This document shows, piece by piece, positions 39,407 to 49,787 of a DNA stretch of 64,000 nt. The DNA comes from an uncultured delta proteobacterium. GTDB lineage: Bacteria > Desulfobacterota > BSN033 > UBA1163. A model generated the notes under the pieces. It made no database searches, was not told the DNA's origin, and saw only the letters and a list, made by a program, of their open reading frames with translations. Location: assembly GCA_963695895.1 (NCBI GenBank), contig CAVOIK010000011.1, positions 34,561-98,560 of the forward strand, given 5' to 3'. Every line of letters starts with the position of its first letter. The first letter of the stretch is position 1. The position numbers were made by a program, and so were the translations under genes.

Positions 39407-40288
39407 TCACCCTCTTGTTGTTTTTCCTCTGACCGCCTTAAGATAGAACATTATTATTGCGCTAGTTACCACCATTAGAATAATGGCCATTGTCGAACCA
39501 AATGGCCAATTCCGGACCGTTAACATTTGCTGCCAAATTAATACTGCAATCATTATGTTCTTGGGCCCGCCCAAGAATAAAGGCGTTGATAAGGCACTAA
39601 TCGACAATGTAAGGACTAAAAGGGATCCAGAAATCATTCCTGGAACGCTTAAAGGCAAAATTACTTTGTAAAACGTTGTGATCCGAGTAGCTCCCAGTAC
39701 TCTTGCAGCTTCCTCCTGTGAAATATCAATCTTTTGAATGGAAGACATCAAGGGTAAAACCATGAATGGTAGTAAGATTTCCACAATTCCAATGATGACA
39801 GCCCCCTCTGTATAAAGAATTCTAACTGGCGAATCAATGATACCGATTCCTAGAAGAAATTTGTTTACAATTCCTTCACTTCCAAGAAGAATTATCCACC
39901 CATACGTCCGGACAACAACTCCCACCATAAGTGGCATTATAACAAGAAACAGATATAAGCCTTTCTTGTTTGATTTCGTTCTCGCTAAGAAATAGGCGAC
40001 AGGATAACCGAGAATAAGGCATAACAAAGTTGACATAACGCCGATTTTAAAACTGTTCAAGAGTATCCTTAGATAAAAAGAATCAAATAGAAACCTGGCA
40101 TAGTTATGCAGGGTGAACTCTTGAATATAAATCTTGCTACTATCAAATTTATAAAAACTAGTGGCTAAGGTAGAAAACATGGGAATCATCAGAAATAAGA
40201 GCACAAGCAGAATCCCCGGTGCCAAAAGGAACAAATGATTTTTACCGTGGATTAATCGCGGGATTTTCATTGGAATTTGTATACCCAA
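39407..40288 (-). CDS. ABC transporter permease (PotB-like)
   Basis: 293 aa with EAA loop QEEAARVLGATRITTFYKVILP. Confidence 0.85.
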   Translation of the reverse strand: MGIQIPMKIPRLIHGKNHLFLLAPGILLVLLFLMIPMFSTLATSFYKFDSSKIYIQEFTLHNYARFLFDSFYLRILLNSFKIGVMSTLLCLILGYPVAYFLARTKSNKKGLYLFLVIMPLMVGVVVRTYGWIILLGSEGIVNKFLLGIGIIDSPVRILYTEGAVIIGIVEILLPFMVLPLMSSIQKIDISQEEAARVLGATRITTFYKVILPLSVPGMISGSLLVLTLSISALSTPLFLGGPKNIMIAVLIWQQMLTVRNWPFGSTMAIILMVVTSAIIMFYLKAVRGKTTRG

Positions 40289-40427
40289 AATTCTTTCAAT
40301 AAATTTTCTTTTGTCGTCTTTTCAAGCTCTACCTTTCTTATAGCAGCCTTTCATAGCGAATGAATCTTCCCTTTACAATTCTAACAGGAGAAAGACATCC
40401 GCCGCGTATATCCTGAAAATCCAAGCG

Positions 40428-41228
40428 CTAAAAGATTGTGCTCCATCCTTCGGTATAATCTCTTAAATCAATCGCCTTCAATTTCTCAATCTCACCAACT
40501 AGACCTTTTATTTCATTTTCGAAAAGCCTTCTCCCTTTGTCTAGCCTCGCAAGCAAAGCATTTCCAAAAATACCGGACTTGGTCACAGATTTTGTTCTAG
40601 GTAATCCATAGAAAGTCATCTGTCTAAACAGTTGGTCTTCCTGGAAGACGAACAGGCCAGAACTTGATTCGGGGATTTCCTCCCTAGCCCGCTCCATCCT
40701 GACTAAATTCGGCGCGGATACCAACACTCTTGATGTTTCACCTTCGTCTGCATGGTAGCGAATCTTGTCTTCCAAGAAATCTTCTTTTTCATCTGGCAAT
40801 GAAGTGATATATGCCTGGCCAATTATTGTATCTTTTAGTCTATTCTTCAATTTGACTATGGCAACATCTAGTGTTGCGTTGTTTCCTCCATGTCCGTTCA
40901 GCAGCAAAATCTTCTTGAATCCATGATGTGAGCAACAAATGCACACGTCGAAAATTAAATGGATTAGGGACTCAGGGGTCAGACTTAATGTTCCTGGAAA
41001 ATCGATGTGATTTTGTGAAATGCCATATTTTATGATAGGTGCAACCAGGACCTCACATTTCTGGGCTGCCTTTCGAGCCAAATATTGGACATTGATAGAA
41101 TCAGTCGCCAATGGAAGATGCGGTCCGTGTTGTTCAATTGATCCGATAGGGACTATTATTAAGTTTTCCCTTTTTAAATAATCCTCGACGTCTTTCCAGG
41201 TCATCTCCTCGAGTAAAACAGTGCTCAT
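40428..41228 (-). CDS. Creatininase-family amidohydrolase
   Basis: VPIGSIEQHGPHLPLATD and GHGGN motifs are typical of the creatinine amidohydrolase family. Confidence 0.75.
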   Translation of the reverse strand: MSTVLLEEMTWKDVEDYLKRENLIIVPIGSIEQHGPHLPLATDSINVQYLARKAAQKCEVLVAPIIKYGISQNHIDFPGTLSLTPESLIHLIFDVCICCSHHGFKKILLLNGHGGNNATLDVAIVKLKNRLKDTIIGQAYITSLPDEKEDFLEDKIRYHADEGETSRVLVSAPNLVRMERAREEIPESSSGLFVFQEDQLFRQMTFYGLPRTKSVTKSGIFGNALLARLDKGRRLFENEIKGLVGEIEKLKAIDLRDYTEGWSTIF

Positions 41229-41316
41229 CCGAATCTCCTCCTTTCCGGGTTTAATAGTGAGAAATGTTCAGAGTTTCCCTCTAAATGATCAAAGGGCCTT
41301 TTGGAGACGCTAAAAA

Positions 41317-42471
41317 TCAGATGTCTATTATTTTGCCCCTTTTGGCCACGAATTTGACTCGATCTATAGATGTCATGTCTTCAATGGGATTTCCTGCCAC
41401 TGCGATACAGTCAGCCCATTTACCCTCTTCTAACGTACCAATCTGGCGTTCCAATCCGCAAAGCTCGGCCGCAAATTTGGTTGCTGATTGAATTGCCTCG
41501 ATAGGGGTGAACCCTATGTTCACAAGTTCCGTCATCTCATTTGCCAACTGGCCGTGAAGTTCGTCACAGCCCACCACAACCTTGACACCTATTTCTCGTG
41601 CTCTTCTAATTGTATCAGCGTAAACTGATCTTGCTTCATTACACTTTTCGCGGAAAAAAACTGGAACTTTTGGATCAGTAGCCCCTGCTCTAATTACACC
41701 AGTGGTTACTACAAGGAATACACCCTTTATCGCCATTAATGCTAGATCTTTTTCCTTGAGATAAATCCCATGTTCAATAGAGTCTATTCCTGCTTCAATG
41801 GCCCACTCTGCTCCTTCTCCTCCATGGATATGAGCTGCTATTTTTCTTCCGCTCCTATGGGCTTCCTCCACAGCTACTTCGATCTCCTCCCGTGTGTAAT
41901 CCGTTGAAATAGGGGAGGATCCCTCCGTTGAAATACCCCCACTAATCATAATTTTGATTAAATCCGCTCCCACTTTGACTTGCTCGCGAACTGCTTTTCG
42001 CACTTCATATGGTCCATCTGCTTCCCTTCCCTCAAACCATACGTGTCCACCTGTTCTCGTGATAAACCGGCCACTGACTAACAAGCGAGGGCCTGAAATG
42101 ATCCCCTCCTCTATTGCTCTCTTTAGATGGATATCGATAAAATTCTTTTCACCCATGTCTCTCAGAGTTGTAATGCCTTTTCTGAGGATTTCTCGGGCAT
42201 TCTTCACTCCTCTTAAAGCTGTATAGACATCAGCCTCCCTCGACTGAGCCTCTTCATCACCCAAATCCGTGCCTAAGTGATCATGACTGTCAATTAAGCC
42301 AGGCAAAACTGTATACGACTCCAAATTGATCGTCTGAATTGTTCCATCAACAGCGATATTATCTCTTTTGCCCAACTTAGCAATGCTTCCATCTTTTATT
42401 AAGACAACTGCATTGATTATGGGAGCGGAACCCGTTCCGTCAATGATGCGACCGCAATTCAGAGCTATCAT
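41317..42471 (-). CDS. Metal-dependent amidohydrolase (PF01979-type)
   Basis: The metal motif in PGLIDSHDHLG, the AAHIHG motif, and a C-terminal GTLEEGKWAD. Confidence 0.8.
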   Translation of the reverse strand: MIALNCGRIIDGTGSAPIINAVVLIKDGSIAKLGKRDNIAVDGTIQTINLESYTVLPGLIDSHDHLGTDLGDEEAQSREADVYTALRGVKNAREILRKGITTLRDMGEKNFIDIHLKRAIEEGIISGPRLLVSGRFITRTGGHVWFEGREADGPYEVRKAVREQVKVGADLIKIMISGGISTEGSSPISTDYTREEIEVAVEEAHRSGRKIAAHIHGGEGAEWAIEAGIDSIEHGIYLKEKDLALMAIKGVFLVVTTGVIRAGATDPKVPVFFREKCNEARSVYADTIRRAREIGVKVVVGCDELHGQLANEMTELVNIGFTPIEAIQSATKFAAELCGLERQIGTLEEGKWADCIAVAGNPIEDMTSIDRVKFVAKRGKIIDI

Positions 42472-42633
42472 TTGATCACTCCCAGTGGCAGAGGAAAAAC
42501 AACGAGCGATGTGGCTTCCTCTTGGCCTAATTTGGTATTTTCCATTTCTGGCAATTCAAAACAGCTAACGAGAAACTGACCCCGTAAATTCTTCCGACAG
42601 TTACCACCACTTAAAGGCCAAAAGTTGGATTAT

Positions 42634-43608
42634 TTATGGTTTTCCAATTTGAAAAATCGAATCTCCGGCTGTCACAAAAGGCTCTTTGGACACTGTTAAA
42701 ATTATTCCTTCCATCGGAGCTTTCACCGATTCTAACTTCTCGCCAAAAATCGTATATAATTTGGCTATAACATCGCCTTTCTTCACTCTTTCCTGAATTT
42801 TCACCGTCGGGACAAATTGTCCACCGTGAGGAGCCATCATCCACACCCAATGTTTTAGCATAATATAGTTGTCTTTAAAAGCAAAAGGCCCATCTAGCAT
42901 CTTCAGGAACTTCATTACATTTGTAATTCCATCAATTACGGCTGACACCGCTTCAGAATTTGCCAAAGCTCCACTTCCACCAGCTTCCACAATGATCCCA
43001 GGTTTTCCTTTTCGATTTGCCTGAACGCAAAAAGCATTTTTCAAAATGTCTGACTTACACGGATAAATGAGTTCAAATCCAAACGCCCGTGCCAACGCAT
43101 TAGATTTCTTGGCTGTCCTAGAAGCGTCTTCGCTATAGATTGTCCAAAACGTGTCAGGGTTGTGGCCGGTATGGAAATCTATCAGATAATCCGCATTCTT
43201 GATAAATGTCCGGAATAGATTATACGCCATGATCTCTGTGAAATTGCCATCTTCTTTTCCCGGAAAAACGCGATTCAGATCCGGAACACCGTATTTGCTG
43301 TGAGGTGAAAACCGCCTCCCATCCCGAAAGGCGGATATATTAAGAGCTGGGAAACAAATTAATGTTCCCATCATTTCCTTAGGATCCAATTTTTTGGACA
43401 CTTCCAACATTCCTAAAGAGCCACAATATTCGTTACCGTGAATACAACATTGTACCCAAAGGCGAGGCCCAGGCTTACGACCAACTAGCACGATTAATGG
43501 GGTATAAACTGGAGTCCCGTCGTTATAGGAGCCGATAGAGAGGATAGCCCTTTCCTCGTCGCCCAGGTTTAGCAACCACGGAACCAAGAGTTAACTTTTC
43601 CATCATAC
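42634..43608 (-). CDS. Succinylglutamate desuccinylase/aspartoacylase (AstE/AspA) family deacylase, indel near 43560
   Basis: QCCIHGNEYCG zinc-binding motif. The N-terminus MMEKLTLGSVVAKPG starts at 43608 behind a ggaggtgg RBS and lies in another frame. Confidence 0.7.
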
Positions 43609-44068
43609 CACCTCCAACGTGAAATATTCTTGGTAACGCCCTTCTTCGCTTTTTTCGATTAGCATAAAGGGGAGTCTTTGTCAACGAATTTTAGAGGAAT
43701 TTTAGAGGCCCTCAGAGATTCCGCATGCTGGGGTCGGAAGGGGGATAAGACCGGCGATAAGGCATGGGTTTTAAATGGGTACCAGGGTAGAAGGGAGTCA
43801 AGAGCCAAGAGAAGAGCGTTTTCGTGGTGACTTTTTGAGGTAGGGATCGAAAGAGTGGTGCAAGAAGGCAGAGTTGTCCCTCTGATTCTTGGAGAGGGTT
43901 TGCAGGAAATTCCAGCGAGACAACCAGTAAGGGAAGGGTTATCCCCCTCCTTTGAGCCATGGAGCGAGAGTGTCCATGGTGGCAAAGCCAATAGCGAGAT
44001 CCACTGCAACGCTGATGAGTGTGAGATGGGCACGGCGTTGGGGTTTGAGGCTTCCAAGTCCGTGTGTC

Positions 44069-44262
44069 TCCATCAGTAGTAGGTCTGCTCCGTGACTCCG
44101 AGCTTGCGGCTCACTTCACCCGCTGTGCTCCCCTAGCTTAGAAGAACTTCTGCTTCTCTCAGCTTCCCGATGATTTGCTCTGCGGTAAACCCCTTCTTCT
44201 TCCTGATCCCCTATACCTATTCTCAGCCCATATTCTAACTCTTCCTCTGGACCGATTTTCGG
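44069..44262 (-). mobile_element. IS3-family left-end relic A (degenerate orfA HTH fragment)
   Basis: About 194 bp are homologous to 46569-46765. It encodes the degraded sequence KKGFTAEQIIGKLREAEVLL. Confidence 0.65.
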
Positions 44263-44376
44263 ATTGAAACCGTCCGCAGATTACTTGAGGACCCATTGCG
44301 GGACTGCCGAGAATGTGCTATACATTGCCAAGATGTGACACAATGACACAAAGCGTCACGAAGAGGAGTGAAGAGC

Positions 44377-44606
44377 ATGAAGAAACTGACCATTCGTGGA
44401 AACACGGCAGGCGCTTGTCGCACCTGGACCGTCTTCTGTCTGGGGAGGGAGAGGTCACCATCACACGTCGCGGTGAGGCGATTGCTCGTTTGGCACCAAT
44501 CTGCAAGAAAAGGTCCATACCCTCCCACGGAGATCTTCGGGAAAGCATGCCGAGGATGCGGAAGGGAAGCGAGAAGCTTATCCGTAAGGATCGTGATGCC
44601 CGATGA
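44377..44606 (+). CDS. Type II antitoxin (Phd/YefM- or VapB-like), indel near 44410
   Basis: MKKLTIRGNT..., then in the other frame LSGEGEVTITRRGEAIARLAP. It overlaps the vapC start by 4 nt. Confidence 0.55.
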
Positions 44607-45048
44607 GCGAAGTGACTTATTTTGATACGAGCGCGCTGGCCAAATGGTATCTCAATGAAGAGAGATCCCAGGATGTCGAACGATATATCCAAGAACATGG
44701 GCCGGTTGCGATCAGCGACTTAACGGTGGTAGAAATGCGTTGTCTTCTGGCTAGACGACGGAAAAGAGAAGGCCATATCGATCTAAAGATGGAGTCACGG
44801 GCTTTCGCAACGTTCCAGGAGATATTCGCCAGAATTTCCTGACATGCCATCCATTTCCGGAAGGTCTCGCTGCAGGGACTGTCAACCTTGTCTCTGCGCA
44901 TCCGGATATACCCCTCCGGACACTTGATGCATTCCACCTGGTGATTGCGAAAACGATCCAGGCGGACAAGCTTGCAACAGCAGACCGAACCATGGCGGCG
45001 GCTGGCAAGGCGATGGGTCTATCTGTTGTTCGGTTTGGTGGTCGATAG
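44603..45048 (+). CDS. vapC: PIN-domain toxin VapC, indel near 44825
   Basis: The YFDTSALAKWYLNEE N-terminus carries the PIN acidic residue. The C-terminal part (LRTLDALHLVIAKTIQADKLATADRTMAAAGKAMG) is in a second frame. Confidence 0.7.
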
Positions 45049-45063
45049 AACCTCACAGGATCC

Positions 45064-45107
45064 CTTAACCAAGTAGGTCGCAGGTTCGATTCCTGCACGG
45101 CTGACCA
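45064..45107 (+). repeat. 44-nt copy of the 3' part of tRNA-Lys (anticodon loop to CCA), a putative att-site repeat
   Basis: cttaaccaagtaggtcgcaggttcgattcctgcacggctgacca compared with 33085-33127 cttaatcagtaggtcgcaggttcgattccagcacggctcacca. Confidence 0.75.
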
Positions 45108-45721
45108 TTTATTTTCAAGCACTTGCCTGCTATGACGCATTATCCACTAGAAATGGACTTCCAACGTGGCAGGAATTGTCACGTTGGCTTCAGGATGGCA
45201 AGTTCATCGTGCTCCCCATAGGTTTGATTCCGTGCCCTTCTTTAGCTGAAACAACCGTCTATCCTCACGCCTAGATGCCGAGAAAAGTCACTCAAAAACG
45301 ACCAAATGAGCGGAAACTTACCATTTGAATCTCTCGAAAAAAAAGTAAGTCATAACAAACCTTATAATTCCAAGTGCTTAAGCTAATGAGCAACGGTCAA
45401 GTATCTGGCATCTGAATTGCAGTTGACTTGGACCTTTGTGGGATGAACCCAATTAAGAGTTCGAATTGACAAGACGAAAAAGAAGCAGGGATTCGTAAGT
45501 AAGTAAATAGCTTTGGCTGAGTTTCGGTGGGAACGTGCTTAAGTTAGTCAATCAATAACGAACTTAGTGTCAGGAATAACTAATGTTCCATTGTTTCGAT
45601 TCATTGAAATTGCTCAGCCAAAAAGCATCTATGAAAGGGGGTGGTCACGGACGAGAGTGTTATATCGGTCGCAGAGGTGCACGAGTTGTTTATCAAACTA
45701 AATCGCTAAAGGAGGAACGCT

Positions 45722-46057
45722 ATGGAGGAAAGAAGAAAAGGTCTTGTTAAGGGTTTTTACATGATGATTGCTGTTATGGTCATGTTTCTTATGGGTGCCG
45801 TAGATAAGGCTGATGCAGCTTCAGCTAGCATTCTGATTCCCGTTGCTGAGTTCACAAACGATGGCTTTGTCAACACTGTCCCTGGTTCCTACTTTAAATC
45901 TTTTAGTGGAGGGTATCTCGAGGGGATTGCCAACGACCCATGCCTTGTTGCACCGGTGAAAATTCCAGGCACTGCCACAAAAATAAACAAAGTAATAGTT
46001 TACTTGACAGACGATGGGACCGGTTCACTTCCCTTTTTTCCAGCTTACTGCTATTGA
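45722..46057 (+). CDS. Hypothetical secreted protein (possibly extended by a frameshift near 46050)
   Basis: It has a signal-peptide-like N-terminus and an aaaggagg RBS. I recognise no family. Confidence 0.4.
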   Translation: MEERRKGLVKGFYMMIAVMVMFLMGAVDKADAASASILIPVAEFTNDGFVNTVPGSYFKSFSGGYLEGIANDPCLVAPVKIPGTATKINKVIVYLTDDGTGSLPFFPAYCY

Positions 46058-46439
46058 CATGGCAACAGCGTTCGCTGAGGACTATGTATTTGCTAGACGT
46101 CACAACCGGGACCCCTACCATACAGGCGAATAGAATTGCCTCTTATTAAGAAGACTTTGGTGAAAGGACGGGTTTATCAGCTCGGGACATGTCTTGATGC
46201 CGGCCAATTTCTATACGGGGCAAAGGTAGTTTACACGGTGCCGTAACACCAATTTACAGGCCATTGTGAACGAAGGCCCAGGGGCTGGATCATAGGTCCG
46301 TCCCCTGGGCTAGGTATCATCTCCGTTTCCCTCTTTGAACCCCCTCCCCATTGTCAAGACAAAAAAGCGGGGTGTATTTGGTGCATTGCTTGAGAAGCCC
46401 GTCCTGGGTTTAGGGGGATCGGTTGGTTGAAATAGACCT

Positions 46440-46776
46440 CATAAGGAGTTCGATTTCCTAAATTATTTCCTATTTGCTGCATCCTGCTGCACTGCAGAAT
46501 GAACTACCAGTCTTTTTAGGCCAACTTGATATGCCCTTTTGTTCGCTGCCACGTCCGTGCTCCCGCCCCCCATCGGTAGTAGGTCTGCTCCGTAATCCCG
46601 AGCTTGCGGCTCACTTCGCCCACTGTGCTCCCCTGACCCAGAAGAACCTCTGCTTCTCTCAGCTTCCCGATGATTTGCTCTGCAGTAAACCCCTTCTTCT
46701 TCATCCTGACCTCCCCTTACTTATTCTCAGTCCTATTCTAACTCATCCCCTGGACCGGTTTTCGGGGGGCAGGTCA
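46440..46776 (-). mobile_element. IS3-family left-end relic B with a truncated orfA
   Basis: ORF 46516..46704 encodes MKKKGFTAEQIIGKLREAEVLLGQGSTVGEVSRKLGITEQTYYRW, a typical IS3 OrfA HTH. There is no orfB. Confidence 0.75.
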
Positions 46777-46839
46777 GCTAAAGAAAATACTACAACGTAT
46801 ATTTATCCAACCCTATTGCGGCGGTCGCGGTCTATTTGT

Positions 46840-48021
46840 TTATTCTGATGACCATATTGGTTTCATCTCGGTCTTGAAGACTTCTGACATCAGCATAGAA
46901 CTTAATGGAGGACAGCCACCGACATATCGACCTCTATTCTTGTAGCGTTCAGTGCATACACCCACCAAAATCATCTTCTCTTTGGCTATTGGAGGCAGTT
47001 CATCGTGTTCACCTAATGTAAAAGTGAGATCTCTAATTTGGTCCAGTTTCTTTTGATCGTCCAAAACTTTTAAGAAGTAGAACATCATGCCTCTGCAACC
47101 CGTACACATTTTGTCACTCGATAGAAGTTTAAAATCCTGAAAACCTAACATCTTCTGGAAAGCCTCTGCAGAACTCTCAAATCTCCTCATCACATTCTCT
47201 ATGGTTTCTCCGACAACTTCGATATGGTCCATGCTCATCGTGCCAATCCCATGCTCTTCGGCCAATACCGCATCCTTCTGTTGTTTAGGGTCGATACCCA
47301 TTACCAATAAAGTTACTGTATCAACTGCGACCGGGTCCCTGCCCGCAAGGATCAGATCCATCTCAACTTCTTTGGAATAGGGATACCCCACCCCCTCTCG
47401 ACAAAATATCCCATCAACGATTGTCAGGTTGGGTTTCACGACAAGATTCAAATCGGCAATTCCCTGGAAAAGTCCATACTGACTATGAAACCTCTTCTTC
47501 TCTTGATCGGGTAACAAGCCTTTCATGTTTTTTAGACTCAAGGTCGCCGGCTCGTGATCATGGGTCTTAACGACAGGCAAACTGATGATGACATCGACTT
47601 CTTTGGCTAACTTAAATACCCTTACCTTCTTTAGAACCTTCGCTTCAGGATTATTGAGAATCATCGTTTTTGTCTTTTTCAGATTAACCACATCATATCC
47701 TTGATCACGAAGATCATAATACCCTGAAGCCCTAAATGCCGCTTCCCCGTTCACCCCTGGTGCTGAAGATTCTCCTATGATTGGCTTCGCGCCCATCTCG
47801 ACAACCAGATCGTAAACTGCCTTTGCCACCTTCGGATCTGAGACCTCTGTCTCTCCTGGTTTCAATTCATATGCAATATTAGGTTTGATAAGGACTCGAT
47901 CTCCTCTCGAAATAGTATCGCCTATACCCCCTATCAGACCAACGGCACGCTCAACCATCTCTCGGATCTCTTTTGCTTGAGGGTTCTTCGAGCCTTTGAC
48001 AATGGATACTTTGGTTTTCAT
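46840..48021 (-). CDS. DUF362 domain protein
   Basis: KVSIVKGSKN...RVLIKPNI...LPVVKTHDH...TIVDGIFCREG is typical of DUF362. The start was chosen at the ATG at 48021. Confidence 0.75.
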   Translation of the reverse strand: MKTKVSIVKGSKNPQAKEIREMVERAVGLIGGIGDTISRGDRVLIKPNIAYELKPGETEVSDPKVAKAVYDLVVEMGAKPIIGESSAPGVNGEAAFRASGYYDLRDQGYDVVNLKKTKTMILNNPEAKVLKKVRVFKLAKEVDVIISLPVVKTHDHEPATLSLKNMKGLLPDQEKKRFHSQYGLFQGIADLNLVVKPNLTIVDGIFCREGVGYPYSKEVEMDLILAGRDPVAVDTVTLLVMGIDPKQQKDAVLAEEHGIGTMSMDHIEVVGETIENVMRRFESSAEAFQKMLGFQDFKLLSSDKMCTGCRGMMFYFLKVLDDQKKLDQIRDLTFTLGEHDELPPIAKEKMILVGVCTERYKNRGRYVGGCPPLSSMLMSEVFKTEMKPIWSSE

Positions 48022-48244
48022 AAAAATGTTCTCCACATTTAAGATTACTCTACTATTCCGTCGGTCGTGAAAAAAATACAAGAGTGGTCATATTCCTGAA
48101 AATGTTTTTCCTCTAGCTTCATGAGAAAAGATCTGGCCACCTCGAATACACCGGTTCCTGTGTCATGGAGCAACATATCCGAGTGCCAGAAAACGTCTAG
48201 AGATCATTGCTCCTGTTGGAGTGGACACGGCGTACTCCTTTCCG

Positions 48245-49508
48245 TTAAGAAATGGCCACTTTTTTGGAACACACTTCGAGAAATTTCGCAGGAGCTCCCA
48301 TGCCGGCCATCCTCTTTAAGAATTTGACCGGATCCAGACACTCCGCAGCGATCACGCCTCTTGCAGCATTGCCCTCCACACACATCTTTGCTCCCAACGA
48401 CGGCCGGCAGGGAAACATAGATGTTTGAGGCACCGAATTTTCTATACATCTCCAGTTTTTCCTCTACCGTTTCAAAAAGGCTGAGAGGCAGAACGAGTTT
48501 GTATTCGATATCCTCTGCTCCCTTGCCTCCTTTCACCTCTATGGCAATACGGCCAATTATTTTCGGAGGAAGCTTAGCGGTGTTTTCGTCTTCGCTCAGA
48601 AAACTATCCACCGGAGGACGGACGATCTTCATCAATACGTCAATGGGCGCAACCTGCACACCCTTGACATCCACAGGGACAGAACTCGCGAATCCCGTCT
48701 TGATCAACGTGCCTGCTCTCGTATCGACGGTGTACTTGAAATCGCAGTACCGGATACCTTTGCCGATAAAATGTGGCAGGGTAATCGGTTCCTGGTGCTG
48801 ATGATATACAAGGGGAATCATTCCCACCGGCTCCGGAAAGTAATATTCTTCATAGCCGCTGAAGATGGGATACTTCTTGTACTGCCCACCCTCAAATATC
48901 GTAGGTTCCACCGCATAGCCCCAGAGTGCCCTGAAAGGAGACCATGTCGGTTCCCATGCGCTGACCACCTCAGTCGATGGGACCAGGTTCTTGCGACCCA
49001 ATCGAATGCGGATCTCATCAACACGGTCCAATTTGTCACAAACATATTTCGCCAGGATATTAACGATTCCCGGGGAAGCACCGGAACCCACCAAGGCAGT
49101 CAATCCGGCCCCTTTGAACTCACGATCAAGTCCCAGAGGTTTTTTCTCGATGATCTGGCCCAAAATGTTATCTCTCGCGCGTATGTCCATCAGACTGGGC
49201 TCGCCAAAGGAGGTGTCCACATAGTGAGCACCCACTTTCAGAGCCGTCTTCATGATATTGACGTCGAATGCGGTCAACGTCAGATTGATAATAACATCTA
49301 CGCCTTTGGCAGCTTTTTCAATATCCGCCATATCGCCGGCATCTACCTTGACGGCGGTGATTTTGTCACTGTGCAGCTTTTCTTTGACTTTATTTGCTAA
49401 GCCTAAGTCGATATCACTCAAAATAATTTTGGAAACCGCCTTGTCTCTGCTTAGAATCGAGGCACAAGGGCCGCCCTGTGCTCCAGCTCCAACGATCAAC
49501 ACTTTCAT
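48245..49508 (-). CDS. Saccharopine dehydrogenase-like NAD(P)-binding protein, indel near 48393
   Basis: MKVLIVGAGAQGGPCA Rossmann motif. The C-terminus continues in the frame of ORF 48245..48433. Confidence 0.7.
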
Positions 49509-49603
49509 TGTAGTTTCCTCCTTTAATCTATTTCTTAAATGTAATCGATTTGTCCCTTTTATCCATTCTATTTTTCAACATCGATGAGATCGAGCGAAAG
49601 TTC

Positions 49604-49712
49604 ACCTATTCGACCGTGCGAAGCCCCACCTTTCAAGGTGGGGGAGGGGAGCACGGCTCAGGGTAAACCTCGAGGAAGCCCCGGCCTTTAGGCCGGGGAG
49701 TCGAGAGGTTCA
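49604..49712. repeat. Twin GC-hairpin repeat related to family A
   Basis: It contains gaagccccacctttcaaggtggggg and gaagccccggcctttaggccgggg, flanked by gttcac...ggttcac. Confidence 0.6.
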
Positions 49713-49787
49713 CTCATGCTTTTACAACGTTGCTCGTCAGCCTTGGTATCAATGATTGTCTCGTTCAAGGACTGATCCCTGAGCCTC

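Noticed and set aside
43650-44068. ORFs 43659-44057 (minus) and 43855-44079 (plus), considered as a possible gene or group II intron remnant
   Set aside because: Neither frame shows recognisable protein motifs, and I could find no intron domain V or 5' GUGYG signature. The segment is left unassigned, next to the IS3 relic.
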